DNA of 64,000 nt. Origin: an uncultured Candidatus Rokubacteria bacterium (GTDB taxonomy: Bacteria > Methylomirabilota > Methylomirabilia > Rokubacteriales > CSP1-6). The notes under the pieces were generated by a model, which was not told the DNA's origin, did not search any database, and was given only the letters and a program-made list of their open reading frames with translations. The translations under genes were made by a program, and so were the position numbers. Positions 54,936 through 64,000 of this stretch are shown here, piece by piece; within the stretch, counting starts at the first letter, position 1; every line of letters starts with the position of its first letter. Location: assembly GCA_963758635.1 (NCBI GenBank), contig CAVWWD010000003.1, positions 1,018,292 through 1,082,291 of the forward strand. Direction: 5' to 3'.

Positions 54936-55685
54936 ATGAGATCGCCGTCGAATCGCTGGATTGCATGGCGCGTCGGGGAACCATCTGCCCGGATCCGACT
55001 CTTTTGCAGTCCCTATGGGGGAGCAGGTGCGTCCATCTTTCAAGGTTGGTCGACGATGCTTCCACCTCAGATCGAGCTGTGCGCGCTCCTGCCGCCCGGG
55101 CGGGAGCGTCGGATGCACGAGCCTCCCTTTGAGCATATCGACTCGCTCATCGATAGTTTGGGCAAGGCCATCGAACCGTTCTTGGATCGTCCCATCGCTC
55201 TCTTTGGCCACAGCATGGGTGCGCTGATCAGCTTCGAGCTCGCACATCATCTCAAGAGTCGCCTCCGTGCGCAGCCGATTCACCTCTTTGCTTCGGGTAT
55301 GAGCGCGCCACAGCTCCCGAGGAAGCAGCTCTATCATCTTCCCGAAGACGAGTTCGTCTGCGAGCTCCGCAAGTTGAATGGGATGCCCAAGGAAATTCTC
55401 GATAATCCAGAGCTCATGTCTGTTCTCCTCCCTCGCCTCCGCGCTGACTTCAAGCTATGCGACACGTACGCATACTCGGCCCGGGACCCTCTGGACTGCC
55501 CAATCACGGCCCTCGGCGGAATCGACGATTCAGATGTTCCCCAAAGTGATCTCCTTGCGTGGCGCTCGATGACGCGTGGCCGCTTTGAGATGCAGCGTTT
55601 TCCGGGGGATCATTTCTTCATAGATTCAGCGCGTGAGTCGCTGCTCGCGCTCCTTTCCACCGAGCTCTCGCGATATTTGCAGTAA
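54936..55685 (+). CDS. Stand-alone type II-like thioesterase (GrsT/RifR family)
   Basis: LFCSPYGGAGAS, PGRERR, FGHSMG, LRADF, FPGDHFF. Confidence 0.93.
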   Translation: MRSPSNRWIAWRVGEPSARIRLFCSPYGGAGASIFQGWSTMLPPQIELCALLPPGRERRMHEPPFEHIDSLIDSLGKAIEPFLDRPIALFGHSMGALISFELAHHLKSRLRAQPIHLFASGMSAPQLPRKQLYHLPEDEFVCELRKLNGMPKEILDNPELMSVLLPRLRADFKLCDTYAYSARDPLDCPITALGGIDDSDVPQSDLLAWRSMTRGRFEMQRFPGDHFFIDSARESLLALLSTELSRYLQ

Positions 55686-55766
55686 CGTTGATTTGGGAGC
55701 ACCGCGGCGTGCCCGAGGCATACGAGCTGGTAAGGACCTCGGAGCGACCGCGAAAGGAAAGCCCGA

Positions 55767-56633
55767 CTACAGCGCGGTGATGAGGTAGACGCCGAACACG
55801 ATCAGGAGCGTGCCCACGACGACGCGCCACGTGAGGCGCTCGACGCCGCGGAGGAACAGGGGGGACAGGACGAGGACGAAGATCGGCGCGGTGGCGGCGA
55901 GCGGCGTGACGACGCTCACCGTGCCGAGGCCCAGCGCGATCAGGATCAGGAACACCCCGAGGTTCTCGGCGATCCCCGCGGCCACGAAGTAGGCCGCGCT
56001 CCGCCACGGGCACGCGATGGCCCGCAGGTTGCCGGACACGGCCAGGAACAGCGTGAACGCCACGAGCGCGGTCGTCACGTTGATCGCGAAGCCCGGTACC
56101 GGGCTCATCGTGGAGAGCCCGAGCTTTCTCAGGATCTGCACCACGCCGAAGCACGTCGCGGAGAGGAGCGGCAGGGCGAGGTGCGCGGGGCGGAAGCCCA
56201 TCTGGCTGCCACTGAGCGAAAGGAGCACGGTCCCGCCCACGATCACCGCGGTGCCGGTGAGGATGGCCGCGGTCACCTGCTCGCCGAGGAGCAGGATGGC
56301 GAGCGCGGTGGAGACGAACGGGAAGAGGTTGTTGAGGGCGGAGGCCACCGACGCGCCGACCTTGTCGATGGCGTAGAAGCGCAGGAGCCGGCCGGCCACC
56401 GTGCCCACGAGACCGGCGAGGACGAAGAAGGCCACGCCCTCGAGGCGGAGCGGCTCGACCTGCCCGCGGAGGAGAAGCACGGACCAGAGGCCGACCGTGC
56501 CCACCGCCACGTTGACCCACACGCCGCCGTAGGGCGTCCCGCCGCGGAGGCCCTGGCGGATCAGGATCGCGGAGGCGGCCGACGCCACGGCGCCCCCGAG
56601 CGCCAGCGCATAGACGGTCGCGGGCACCGGCAT
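55767..56633 (-). CDS. EamA/DMT-family transporter
   Basis: Two EamA repeats, ending ILLLGEQVT and LFLRGVERLT. Confidence 0.85.
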   Translation of the reverse strand: MPVPATVYALALGGAVASAASAILIRQGLRGGTPYGGVWVNVAVGTVGLWSVLLLRGQVEPLRLEGVAFFVLAGLVGTVAGRLLRFYAIDKVGASVASALNNLFPFVSTALAILLLGEQVTAAILTGTAVIVGGTVLLSLSGSQMGFRPAHLALPLLSATCFGVVQILRKLGLSTMSPVPGFAINVTTALVAFTLFLAVSGNLRAIACPWRSAAYFVAAGIAENLGVFLILIALGLGTVSVVTPLAATAPIFVLVLSPLFLRGVERLTWRVVVGTLLIVFGVYLITAL

Positions 56634-56673
56634 GGGCTCGTCGTCGAGCTTCTGGCCCGGCGCGGGTCGCGCG

Positions 56674-57754
56674 TCAGGCGAGCGGGAGGCGGATCGTGCG
56701 CCCCTCGGCGATCGAGCGCGCGACGGCGTCCACGAACTCCATGTACGCGACACCGTCGTCGAACGACGGGTACACCGGCGTGCCCTCGCGGATGGCGCGG
56801 GCGAAGTCGGCCTCCACCGTCCACTCGCCGCGGAGGTCGGCCGGGATCTCCACCGGCTGGGCCACCTGCTTCTCGCCGGGCTGGCCGGGCCGCACGCGCC
56901 GCGACGGGTCGGCCTTGCCCATCCAGATCCGGTGGGTCGGCACCTCGTAGCGGAGCATGCCCTTGGTGCCGTAGAGCTCGATGGTGTCGGCGGGCGCGAA
57001 CGCGCTCACGCCGGAGAAGAGCCACTGGTACTGGGCGCCGGACGCGAGCTCGCCGGAGATGGTCACCGACTCGGGCACCCGGACCTCCTTCATCGTGCCC
57101 GTCTCGGCGTCGCGGCGCTCGCGCGTGAAGATCGAGCCGGTGGCCGTGACCGTGCGGGCGGGGCCGACCCAGCGCTGGAGGATCTCCGTGAACATGCCCA
57201 GCGTGAGCACATTGTGACCGGAGATGTCGCGATCCATGCGCCAGTGGTACGGCGCGTCCGCGGACAGGTTGGCCTCGGACATGTGGTGGAAGCGCACGAG
57301 GCGGAGGTCGCCGAGATCGCCCGCGTCGAGGATCTTCCGCACCACCCGGTCGCCCGCGTCCACGTGGGGGGCCGGGCAGATCATCGTCACCAGGCGCGGG
57401 TAGGCCCGGGCCGCGGCCAGCATGTCGCGCGCCTCGGCGAGGTCGCGCGCCATCCGGGCCTGGCAGAACACGTGCTTGCCCGCGGCGAGGGACTTGAGCG
57501 TCAGCTCCTTGTGCAGGTACGGCGTGGTGCCGATGAGGACGGCGTTGATGTCGGCGCGCCCGTAGACGGCCTCCGCGCTGTCGACCACGTGCGGGATCTT
57601 CCACTCCGCGGCCACCGCCTCGGCGTTGGCGCGGCGGCGATTGTGCACGGCGACGACCTGGCAGTCGTCGACCTTGGCGAGTCCGGGGAGATGTCGCGTC
57701 TTCACGATGCCGCCCGCGCCGATGATGCCGATCCGGATGGGTGTCTGGGCTCAT
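56674..57754 (-). CDS. Gfo/Idh/MocA oxidoreductase (5' frameshift)
   Basis: IGIIGAGGI, INAVLIGTTPYLH, AGKHVFCQARM. Confidence 0.88.
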
Positions 57755-57931
57755 GGCGGCCATACTGGCCCAGGACGGAGGCCGGCGCAATGGCATCCGC
57801 CGAGGGATCAATTGACCGGCCCCCCGCGATTCCGGTACCTTCGGCCGGCGCCGCGGCGGATTGTTGCGCGAGGGTCTGACGCCCGGTCTGACCCCAGTGT
57901 TGCGCGACGCCGCGGCGGGGAGGAGGGACGC

Positions 57932-58390
57932 ATGCCGGTCGACAAGAGCTACATCGGCAAGACGGGCGCGCCCGTCGTGATGCACGTGGAGCGCGGGAAG
58001 ATCCGGGAGTTCGCCGCGGCGATCAAGGAGGACGATCCGGTGTACGTGGACGAGGGGCTGGCCGCGAAGGAGAGCGGCGGGATCATGCCGCCCATCACCT
58101 TCCTCCAGACGGTGACCCACTGGGACGACGGGCGCGGGCGGGTGCGCCTGCCCTTCGACCTCAAGCGCGTGCTCCACGGCGAGCAGGAGTACGAGTTCTT
58201 CGAGCCGATCCGCGTGGGCGACGTGCTCACCGCGGTGAGCCGCGTGCTGGACATCTACGAGAAGCCGGGCAAGCGCGGCGGCTCCATGAACTTCGCCGTC
58301 ACCGAGACGACCTACACCAACCAGCACGGCCGCGTGGCCGCGAAGGCCAAGCACATCACGATCGAGACCGGCCAGGTGGTCAAGGACTAG
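57932..58390 (+). CDS. MaoC-like dehydratase, N-terminal hotdog subunit
   Basis: VERGKIREFAAAI, LHGEQEYEF..PIRVGDVL. RBS GGAGG. Confidence 0.88.
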   Translation: MPVDKSYIGKTGAPVVMHVERGKIREFAAAIKEDDPVYVDEGLAAKESGGIMPPITFLQTVTHWDDGRGRVRLPFDLKRVLHGEQEYEFFEPIRVGDVLTAVSRVLDIYEKPGKRGGSMNFAVTETTYTNQHGRVAAKAKHITIETGQVVKD

Positions 58391-58400
58391 GGATAGCTTT

Positions 58401-58463
58401 GCGAGCCGAGCCGAGAGGCGAGGCGAGCGTATATGGGAACGCCGTGGAAACAACCGGCGACGC
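58401..58463 (+). repeat. Repeat family A copy
   Basis: GAGCCGAGCCGAGAGGCGAGGCGAGCGTATATGGGAACGCCGTGGAAACAACC. Confidence 0.75.
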
Positions 58464-58479
58464 TGAAAGAGAGGACGCC

Positions 58480-59046
58480 ATGCCCGCGAAGCGGTACTTC
58501 GACGACGTGAAGGAAGGCGAGGCGCTTCCCGAGGTCCGTGTGGAGGGCCTGACCCGGACCGATTTCGTCCGCTACGCGGGCGCCTCCGGCGACTTCAACC
58601 CGATCCACCACGACCAGACCTTCGCGGAGGCGTCGGGCAACCCCACCGTGTTCGCCATGGGCATGCTCAACGCGAGCATCCTGAGCCGGGTCGTGACGCG
58701 CTTCGTGGGCCGGCCGGCGGTGCGCCGCTACAAGGTGCGCTTCGCGACCCGCGCGTGGCCAGGCGACCACGTGATCTGCACCGGCAAGGTCACGCGGAAG
58801 TTCGAGGAGGCGGGCGAGAAGCGGATCGAGGGCGAGCTCGCCGCGGTGAACCAGAAGGGCGAGACGCTCATCTCCGGCTCCTTCGTGGCCGCGCTGCCGT
58901 CGCGGACGTTCCTGACGATCGAGCCTCAGCGCATCAGACCAATGCCGAGCGGTAGGACTGTAGGGGCCCGTCGCAGCTACCGCCTTCTGCGAGGCTCATT
59001 AGTGAGCCTCAGCGCATCAGACCAATGCCGAGCGGTGGGACTGTAG
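58480..59046 (+). CDS. MaoC dehydratase catalytic subunit (true end probably near 58915)
   Basis: YAGASGDFNPIHHD hydratase motif. The ORF reads through into repeat B. Confidence 0.88.
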   Translation: MPAKRYFDDVKEGEALPEVRVEGLTRTDFVRYAGASGDFNPIHHDQTFAEASGNPTVFAMGMLNASILSRVVTRFVGRPAVRRYKVRFATRAWPGDHVICTGKVTRKFEEAGEKRIEGELAAVNQKGETLISGSFVAALPSRTFLTIEPQRIRPMPSGRTVGARRSYRLLRGSLVSLSASDQCRAVGL

Positions 59047-59081
59047 GGGCCCGTCGCGGTTACCGTATTCTGCGAGGCTCA
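58921..59081 (+). repeat. Repeat family B, tandem pair (58921-58998, 59003-59081)
   Basis: Two near-identical units GAGCCTCAGCGCATCAGACCAATGCCGAGCGGT...TTCTGCGAGGCTCA separated by TTAG. Confidence 0.9.
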
Positions 59082-59692
59082 TTGGCGCCCCCGCTCACGA
59101 AGGGGTTGCCGCGGACCCAGAAGCGCCAGGGGCGGTCGACCCACTCGTCCGCGTAGTCGATCCCCACCCGCGGTCCTGCCGCCACCGCCGTCCGCGGGAC
59201 CGCGCGCGGTCCCGCCTCGATCCACGCCCGCTCGCCCAGGAGGTCCGCGCCGTCGAGCCGCCGGTCGATGCCGAGGGCGGCGCACAGCTTGCCCGGGCCG
59301 CTCGTGAGCGCGTGGTCGGGGCGCCCGGGCCGGCGCCGGCGCATCAGCTCGACGCCCTCGAGGGGCTCGAGCGCCCGCACCAGGACGGCGTGCGGCACGT
59401 CGGCAGCGTTGGTGACCACGTTGAACTGGTGGTACATGCCGTACACGAAGTACACGTAGGCGGTGCCGCCGATCGCGTACATCGTCTCGGTGCGGCGCGT
59501 GCGCCGGCCGCCCCACGCGTGCGAGGCCCGGTCCTCGGGCCCGCGGTAGGCCTCGGTCTCCACGATCACGCCGGACACGCGCCGCCCGTCGCGCGCCGGC
59601 ACCACCAGCACCCGCCCCAGGAGATCTCGCGCCACGGCGAGGACGCTCGGCCGCGTGTAGAACTCGCGCGGCAGCCTGGGCCGCGGGCCCAC
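59060..59692 (-). CDS. mpg: DNA-3-methyladenine glycosylase (AAG/MPG family)
   Basis: IVETEAY, YVYFVYGMY, AVLVRALEP, SGPGKLC, PRVGI, PWRF. Confidence 0.93.
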   Translation of the reverse strand: MGPRPRLPREFYTRPSVLAVARDLLGRVLVVPARDGRRVSGVIVETEAYRGPEDRASHAWGGRRTRRTETMYAIGGTAYVYFVYGMYHQFNVVTNAADVPHAVLVRALEPLEGVELMRRRRPGRPDHALTSGPGKLCAALGIDRRLDGADLLGERAWIEAGPRAVPRTAVAAGPRVGIDYADEWVDRPWRFWVRGNPFVSGGANEPRRIR

Positions 59693-59699
59693 CGGGGCG

Positions 59700-60086
59700 T
59701 CAGCTCTTCTTGAAGGCGCCTTCCGCCTCGAGCGTCATGAGGGCCGTGACCCCCGCGCTCAGCGTCGGCCCGCCTCCCGGCACCGCCGCCGCCTGCACCG
59801 CCTCCAGCAGCTCGCGCTTCGTCGCGCCGTGGTCGATGGCCCGCCGCATGTGGGCGACGACGCCGTCGGTGCGGCCGCGGAACGCCAGGATGCCGATGAT
59901 GACCATCTCCCGATGGCGGACCGACAGCTCCTTGCCCTCGCTCACCGACATCGTGCTCACCGCCTGGCGCGCCGCCGCGTACTCCGGCGCTTCCCGCGCC
60001 AGCCACTCCGTCCACGCGTAGCCGTAGGGGCTCCGCGCTCCGCCGCCCGCCTTCTTCCGCCCGCTCGCCGGCCGTGCCTTGCCCAT
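59700..60086 (-). CDS. Carboxymuconolactone decarboxylase (CMD)-family protein
   Basis: LSVRHREMVIIG, HMRRAIDHGATKRELLE, PGGGP. Confidence 0.8.
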   Translation of the reverse strand: MGKARPASGRKKAGGGARSPYGYAWTEWLAREAPEYAAARQAVSTMSVSEGKELSVRHREMVIIGILAFRGRTDGVVAHMRRAIDHGATKRELLEAVQAAAVPGGGPTLSAGVTALMTLEAEGAFKKS

Positions 60087-60204
60087 CCGTCCCTCCTGTC
60101 GCGTGCGAGATGTCCGGCCGATCCCGGGATCGCGTCCCACGGGCCGGCGCGAGGAGCGTATCCCGCGCGCCGCGCGGGACGCAACCGCCGCGCCCCGCCG
60201 CGTC

Positions 60205-60800
60205 TCAGCCCGCGGCGGGCGCCCTCGCCTCCGACGCGTCCGCGGAGAGAGCCCCGGCGGCGGGAGAGCCGGGCGCGGACGCGACGACGGTCGATCGACG
60301 AGCCACCGGCGCGCCGGGGGCCACGGCGTCGCCCACGCTCTCGCGCGCCAGCGTGGACCGTGGGCGCGAGATCGAGAAGGCGGCCACGGGGTCGGAGAGC
60401 CCGGCGAGGGGAACGCGCCCCAGCGCCTCGGACTCGACGGCCTCGCCCACTGCGCTCATCACGCGCCAGCAGACGAGCGTCTCGCCGGCGCGCGCGCGGG
60501 CGCACAGCCGCGCGGCGAGGTTGGTCACCAAGCCGATCGCCGCGTAGTCGCAGCGGTCCTCGAAGCCGATGAGCCCGATCGTCGCTGAGCCGTGGCTGAT
60601 GCCGATGCCGAGGCCGAGGCCGCTCGCGCTCTCCGGCCAGCCTCGGGCCAGGGCGACCACCCGGTCGTGCGCGGCGAGCGCCAGGGCCACCGCGCGGCGC
60701 TGCGGGTCCGGGACGGGGGTCGGATCGTTGAAGAAGATCATCATGCCGTCGCCGGTGAAGCGCTCAAGCGTCCCCCCATGGCGGTTCACGGCCTCGACCT
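60205..60800 (-). pseudogene. 5'-truncated class III adenylate/guanylate cyclase
   Basis: HGGTLERFTGDGMMIFFNDP, GIGISHG, DYAAIGLVTNLAARLC. The first catalytic Asp strand and the start are missing. Confidence 0.75.
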
Positions 60801-61326
60801 GTGCCGGGCCAACCGGATCGGGCTCTGGGTGCCCATGCTCGCCTCCGCGCTCGGGCTCGCGATGGTGCGCGCCGGCCGGCACGAGGAGGGACTGCCGCTC
60901 CTCGAGGAGAGCATCACGCGCGCGGCGAGCGACCGCGTCCTCGCCGGACAGTCGCAGCGCTTCTGCTGGCTCGGCGAGGGATACCTCACGGCGGGCCGGA
61001 TGGATGAGGCGCGCGCCACCGCCGCCGAGGCCATGGACGCGGCGACACGCTTCGGCCAGCAGGGGAGCACGGCGTGGGCCCACTGGCTCTCCGGCGAGGT
61101 GCGGCGCCTCGGCGGGGACGACCCGGCGCGCGCGGCCGAGGACTATCGCGCGGCCGCGGCGCAGGCGGCGGCGCTCGGCATGCGGCCGCTCGCCGCGCTG
61201 GCCGACCTGGGGCTCGGGCGCGCGCTACAGGCGCGCGGCGCCCACGGTGATGAGGCCGCGCGGCTCATCGCGTCCGCGCAGGCGGCGTTTCGCGCGCTCG
61301 GGATGACCTACGGATCGACGGGCTGA
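60790..61326 (+). pseudogene. 5'-truncated TPR-repeat C-terminus (cyclase/AAA-ATPase-TPR type)
   Basis: LGLAMVRAGRHEEGLPLLEE, WLGEGYLTAGRMDEA, ALGMRPLAA, FRALGM. Confidence 0.65.
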
Positions 61327-61517
61327 CCGGTCGGGTCGCGGGGGTCGGGCACCGCGCAGCGCTCGGCCTTGACCATCTCGATGTCGAGGCCGAGGGCGCG
61401 CGCCCGCCGCTGCATCTCCAGGAAGAGGGACTCGACCCCGCGACGGTCCGTGGCGCACAGGAACTGGAGCTCCTCGGCGGAGTCGTCGGTGGAGCCGCCG
61501 GCGGGGCGATCCGCCAT
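61308..61517 (-). CDS. Small hypothetical protein (69 aa)
   Basis: ATG 5 nt after the upstream small ORF; coding-like codon usage. Confidence 0.4.
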   Translation of the reverse strand: MADRPAGGSTDDSAEELQFLCATDRRGVESLFLEMQRRARALGLDIEMVKAERCAVPDPRDPTGQPVDP

Positions 61518-61522
61518 GCGGC

Positions 61523-61693
61523 TCAGTCCTGGCGCGGCTGGAGGACGCGGACCTTCCGCTGGATCTCGGCGCCGTGCTCGTCGAGGACCTCCTGGACGGC
61601 CTCGACGTAGTCCTGGATCTGCTGCTTGATGAGGGGTCCCTTCACCTGGATGACCATGATGTGGTACTGATTTTCTCCAAGGTCGTCGGCCAT
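61523..61693 (-). CDS. Small hypothetical protein (56 aa), absent from the ORF track
   Basis: MADDLGENQYHIMVIQVKGPLIKQQIQDYVEAVQEVLDEHGAEIQRKVRVLQPRQD. RBS GGGAGG, mostly G/C third positions. Confidence 0.55.
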   Translation of the reverse strand: MADDLGENQYHIMVIQVKGPLIKQQIQDYVEAVQEVLDEHGAEIQRKVRVLQPRQD

Positions 61694-62120
61694 CGCGTGC
61701 CCTCCCGCTCTCGAGGAACCGCCCTCGACGGCTGGTGATATGACTCGCGATACGGGGCGCGAGCCAGTCTAGGAGGGGGGTCAGCGCGTGTCAATGACGT
61801 TTTTCCGCGCGGGTCCGCGTGTTTCGCGTGTGGCCGCGCGGAGCGTTCCTGCGCTCGACCTTCGGAGAAAGGAGCGCCGAGACCATGGCCAAGCCGCATC
61901 GCCACCCGGAGGTGAGAGCACGGCGGCAGACGCCGCCCCCGAGCGACCCGCGAGCGCGAGAGGGCGCGCCGCCCATCCCCGACACCCGCCTGGCGTGGCC
62001 GTCGCCACGCTCCGCCGTGACGCGCTGGCCCGCGTCGCCGAGGCCGCCGAGGTGCTCGCGATCGAGCCGTCGCGGCCGATGCGGCTCTTGCCCTGACCGC
62101 CTCGATGCCGGCCCGGCGGA

Positions 62121-62217
62121 GAGTCTGTGAATGAATGGGGAGCCGGCTCGCGTGAGTCCGCAGAATCGCGGTGTTTGCCCGCACGGCGACGTTGAAATCC
62201 ACATTTCTTCACAGCCT
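62121..62217 (+). repeat. Repeat family C copy with terminal inverted repeats
   Basis: CTGTGAATGAATG ... CATTTCTTCACAG; core GAGTCCGCAGAATCGCGGTGTT. Confidence 0.75.
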
Positions 62218-62230
62218 GAGAGCTGAGCGG

Positions 62231-63301
62231 ATGCCGTCCGGAGGCCCGCCGGCGCCGCGCTGCGTGCTGGTGCCCGGGGCGGGCACCGGGCAGAGCAACA
62301 ACCTGATTCGCGGGCTCCGCGCCGCCGATCCCGGTCTCCGGATCGTCGGGGTCCACCACGATCGCTTCAGCCTGACCCAGTCGCCGGCCGACCGGAACCA
62401 CCCGGTGCCCGCGCCCGGCAACCCGCGATTGGCCGACGCGCTGTGCCGGCTCGCCGACCATGAGGGCGTCGACCTCCTGATCCCCACGCGCGATCGGGAC
62501 GTGGCGCTCTTCGCGGCCCTCGAGCCGCGGCTGCCCGGGCGGTTCTTCCTCCCGCCGCTGTCCGTGATCGAGCTGTGCCAGGACAAGGCGCGGGTGTCGG
62601 ATGTCCTCGAGGCGCGCGGGCTGCCGGTGCCCCGCACGGTCTCCCTCGGATCGCTGGACGACGTCGACACCGTGTTCCGCCGGTTCCCCGCCGGCGCCAC
62701 GCTCTGGTGCCGGAGCCGCTACGGGTCGGACTCCCGGGCCGCCACGCCGGTGCGCACGCCCGAGCACGCCCGCGGCTGGGTGACCTACTGGCGCGACATG
62801 CGCGGGTTCCCCGAGAGCACCTTCACGCTGGGGGAGTACCTGCCCGGCCGCGACTTCGCCTGCCAGAGCGTGTGGCGCGACGGTCGATTGATCCTGGTGA
62901 AGACGTACGAGCGTCTCGAGTACCTGGGCGGCGCGTCCCGGCCGAGCGGCGTGGCGTCGCAGTCGGCGCTGGCCAAGAACGTCCGCGAGCCGCGGGTGGT
63001 CGAGATCGCCACCGCCGCCGTGCGCGCCGTCGATCCGCGGCCGCACGGCGCCTTCGACGTTGACCTGAAGTGCCGGGCCGACGGCGCGCCCGCCATCACC
63101 GAGATCAACGCGGGGCGGTTCCTGTCCAGCCAGCCGATCTTCGACTTCACGGGCCGGCACAACATGACCGGCGTGTACCTGGCCCTCGCCTTCGGCGATC
63201 CCGTCGACCTCGACGCGGTGTACGACGCGGCGCTCGGCTTCTACCTGGTCCGCGACTTCGACGCCCTGCCCGCCGTGGTGCACCAGGACGACATCCCGTG
63301 A
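62231..63301 (+). CDS. ATP-grasp fold protein (CarB-like small family)
   Basis: GVDLLIPT, CQDK, GLPVPRT, EYLPGRDF, ITEINAGRF. Confidence 0.8.
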   Translation: MPSGGPPAPRCVLVPGAGTGQSNNLIRGLRAADPGLRIVGVHHDRFSLTQSPADRNHPVPAPGNPRLADALCRLADHEGVDLLIPTRDRDVALFAALEPRLPGRFFLPPLSVIELCQDKARVSDVLEARGLPVPRTVSLGSLDDVDTVFRRFPAGATLWCRSRYGSDSRAATPVRTPEHARGWVTYWRDMRGFPESTFTLGEYLPGRDFACQSVWRDGRLILVKTYERLEYLGGASRPSGVASQSALAKNVREPRVVEIATAAVRAVDPRPHGAFDVDLKCRADGAPAITEINAGRFLSSQPIFDFTGRHNMTGVYLALAFGDPVDLDAVYDAALGFYLVRDFDALPAVVHQDDIP

Positions 63302-63405
63302 GCGCGACCGGCGCTTGACGGGCCGGCGCGCCGGCACTACGGTGTCCCGGGCTCGCGGCGGGGCCGCGCAGGGCCAGCGAGGCGACCCCCAGCGAGGAGA
63401 TCCCG

Positions 63406-63941
63406 ATGACCGACGACACGGATGCCCCTCTGCCGTTCCGCCTCCGGAAGATCGGCCACGTGGTGCTCAACGTGACCGACCTCGAGGCGGCGGTGCGCTT
63501 CTACACGGCGCTGCTCGGCCTCGAGGTGAGCGATCGCTACCCGCCGAGCATGGTGCCGGGGGGATGGTGTTCCTCCGGTGCAACACCGACCACCACGGCG
63601 TCGCGCTCGTGGGCGGGGCGCGGCGCGGCGAGACCAGCAGCTTGAACCACTTCGCGTTCGAGGTGGGCTCGCTGGACGAGGTGTTCCGCGCGCGGGCGTG
63701 GCTCTCCGCGCGACGCGTCCCCATCGTGTTCGAGGGGCGGCGCCGGGCCGGCTGCCAGGTCGCGGTGGAGTTCCAGGATCCCGACGGGAACAACCTCGAG
63801 ATCTACTGGAACATCGATCAGATCGGGACCAACGGGGTGGCGCGGCCCGCCGCGGAGTGGCGGCAGGCCCGCACGCTGGAAGACGCGGTGGCCAACCCCG
63901 TGGCGGGCCAGCGGCTTCCTGGGCTCCCGCCCCAGGGCTAG
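63406..63941 (+). CDS. VOC/glyoxalase family protein, frameshift near 63560
   Basis: KIGHVVLNVTDLEAAVRFY, FLRCNTDHH, NHFAFEV, DPDGNNLEIY. Confidence 0.85.
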
Positions 63942-64000
63942 CGCCCGCGGCGCAGGCGGCGACGGCCACCTGCGCCAGGCGGGCTGCTGACGCGCAGCGA

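Noticed and set aside
60205..61083. Intact 292-aa adenylate cyclase
   Set aside because: The N-terminal third is the antisense of the TPR fragment, and the first catalytic strand is absent.

Overview
This is a very GC-rich bacterial window. Gene content and style suggest a Rokubacteria-like soil organism, which is my inference only. Many genes in 2-36 kb and 56-64 kb are split by single-base indels, most likely long-read consensus errors. In order, the window holds: a CPA2 antiporter, rhomboid protease and M23 peptidase; a hydroquinone-1,2-dioxygenase cluster with its own branched-chain-type ABC transporter; an uppS/winged-HTH/DUF4173-like cassette; four carbohydrate-type ABC permease pairs with three binding proteins and one ATPase; MFS and TRAP transporters, kdsB and an LLM oxidoreductase; a lower-GC island; and housekeeping or fragmentary genes. 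The island carries an intact 8.3-kb trimodular NRPS (A-T-C-A-T-C-A-T) and a stand-alone thioesterase. My manual specificity codes predict Ile, Ala and Val. The first C domain has the atypical EHHxxHDG motif associated with ureido-bond formation, so this is a candidate undescribed ureido-peptide pathway. Three dispersed intergenic repeat families (REP/MITE-like) are also present. I recognised no rRNA, tRNA, CRISPR array or transposase.
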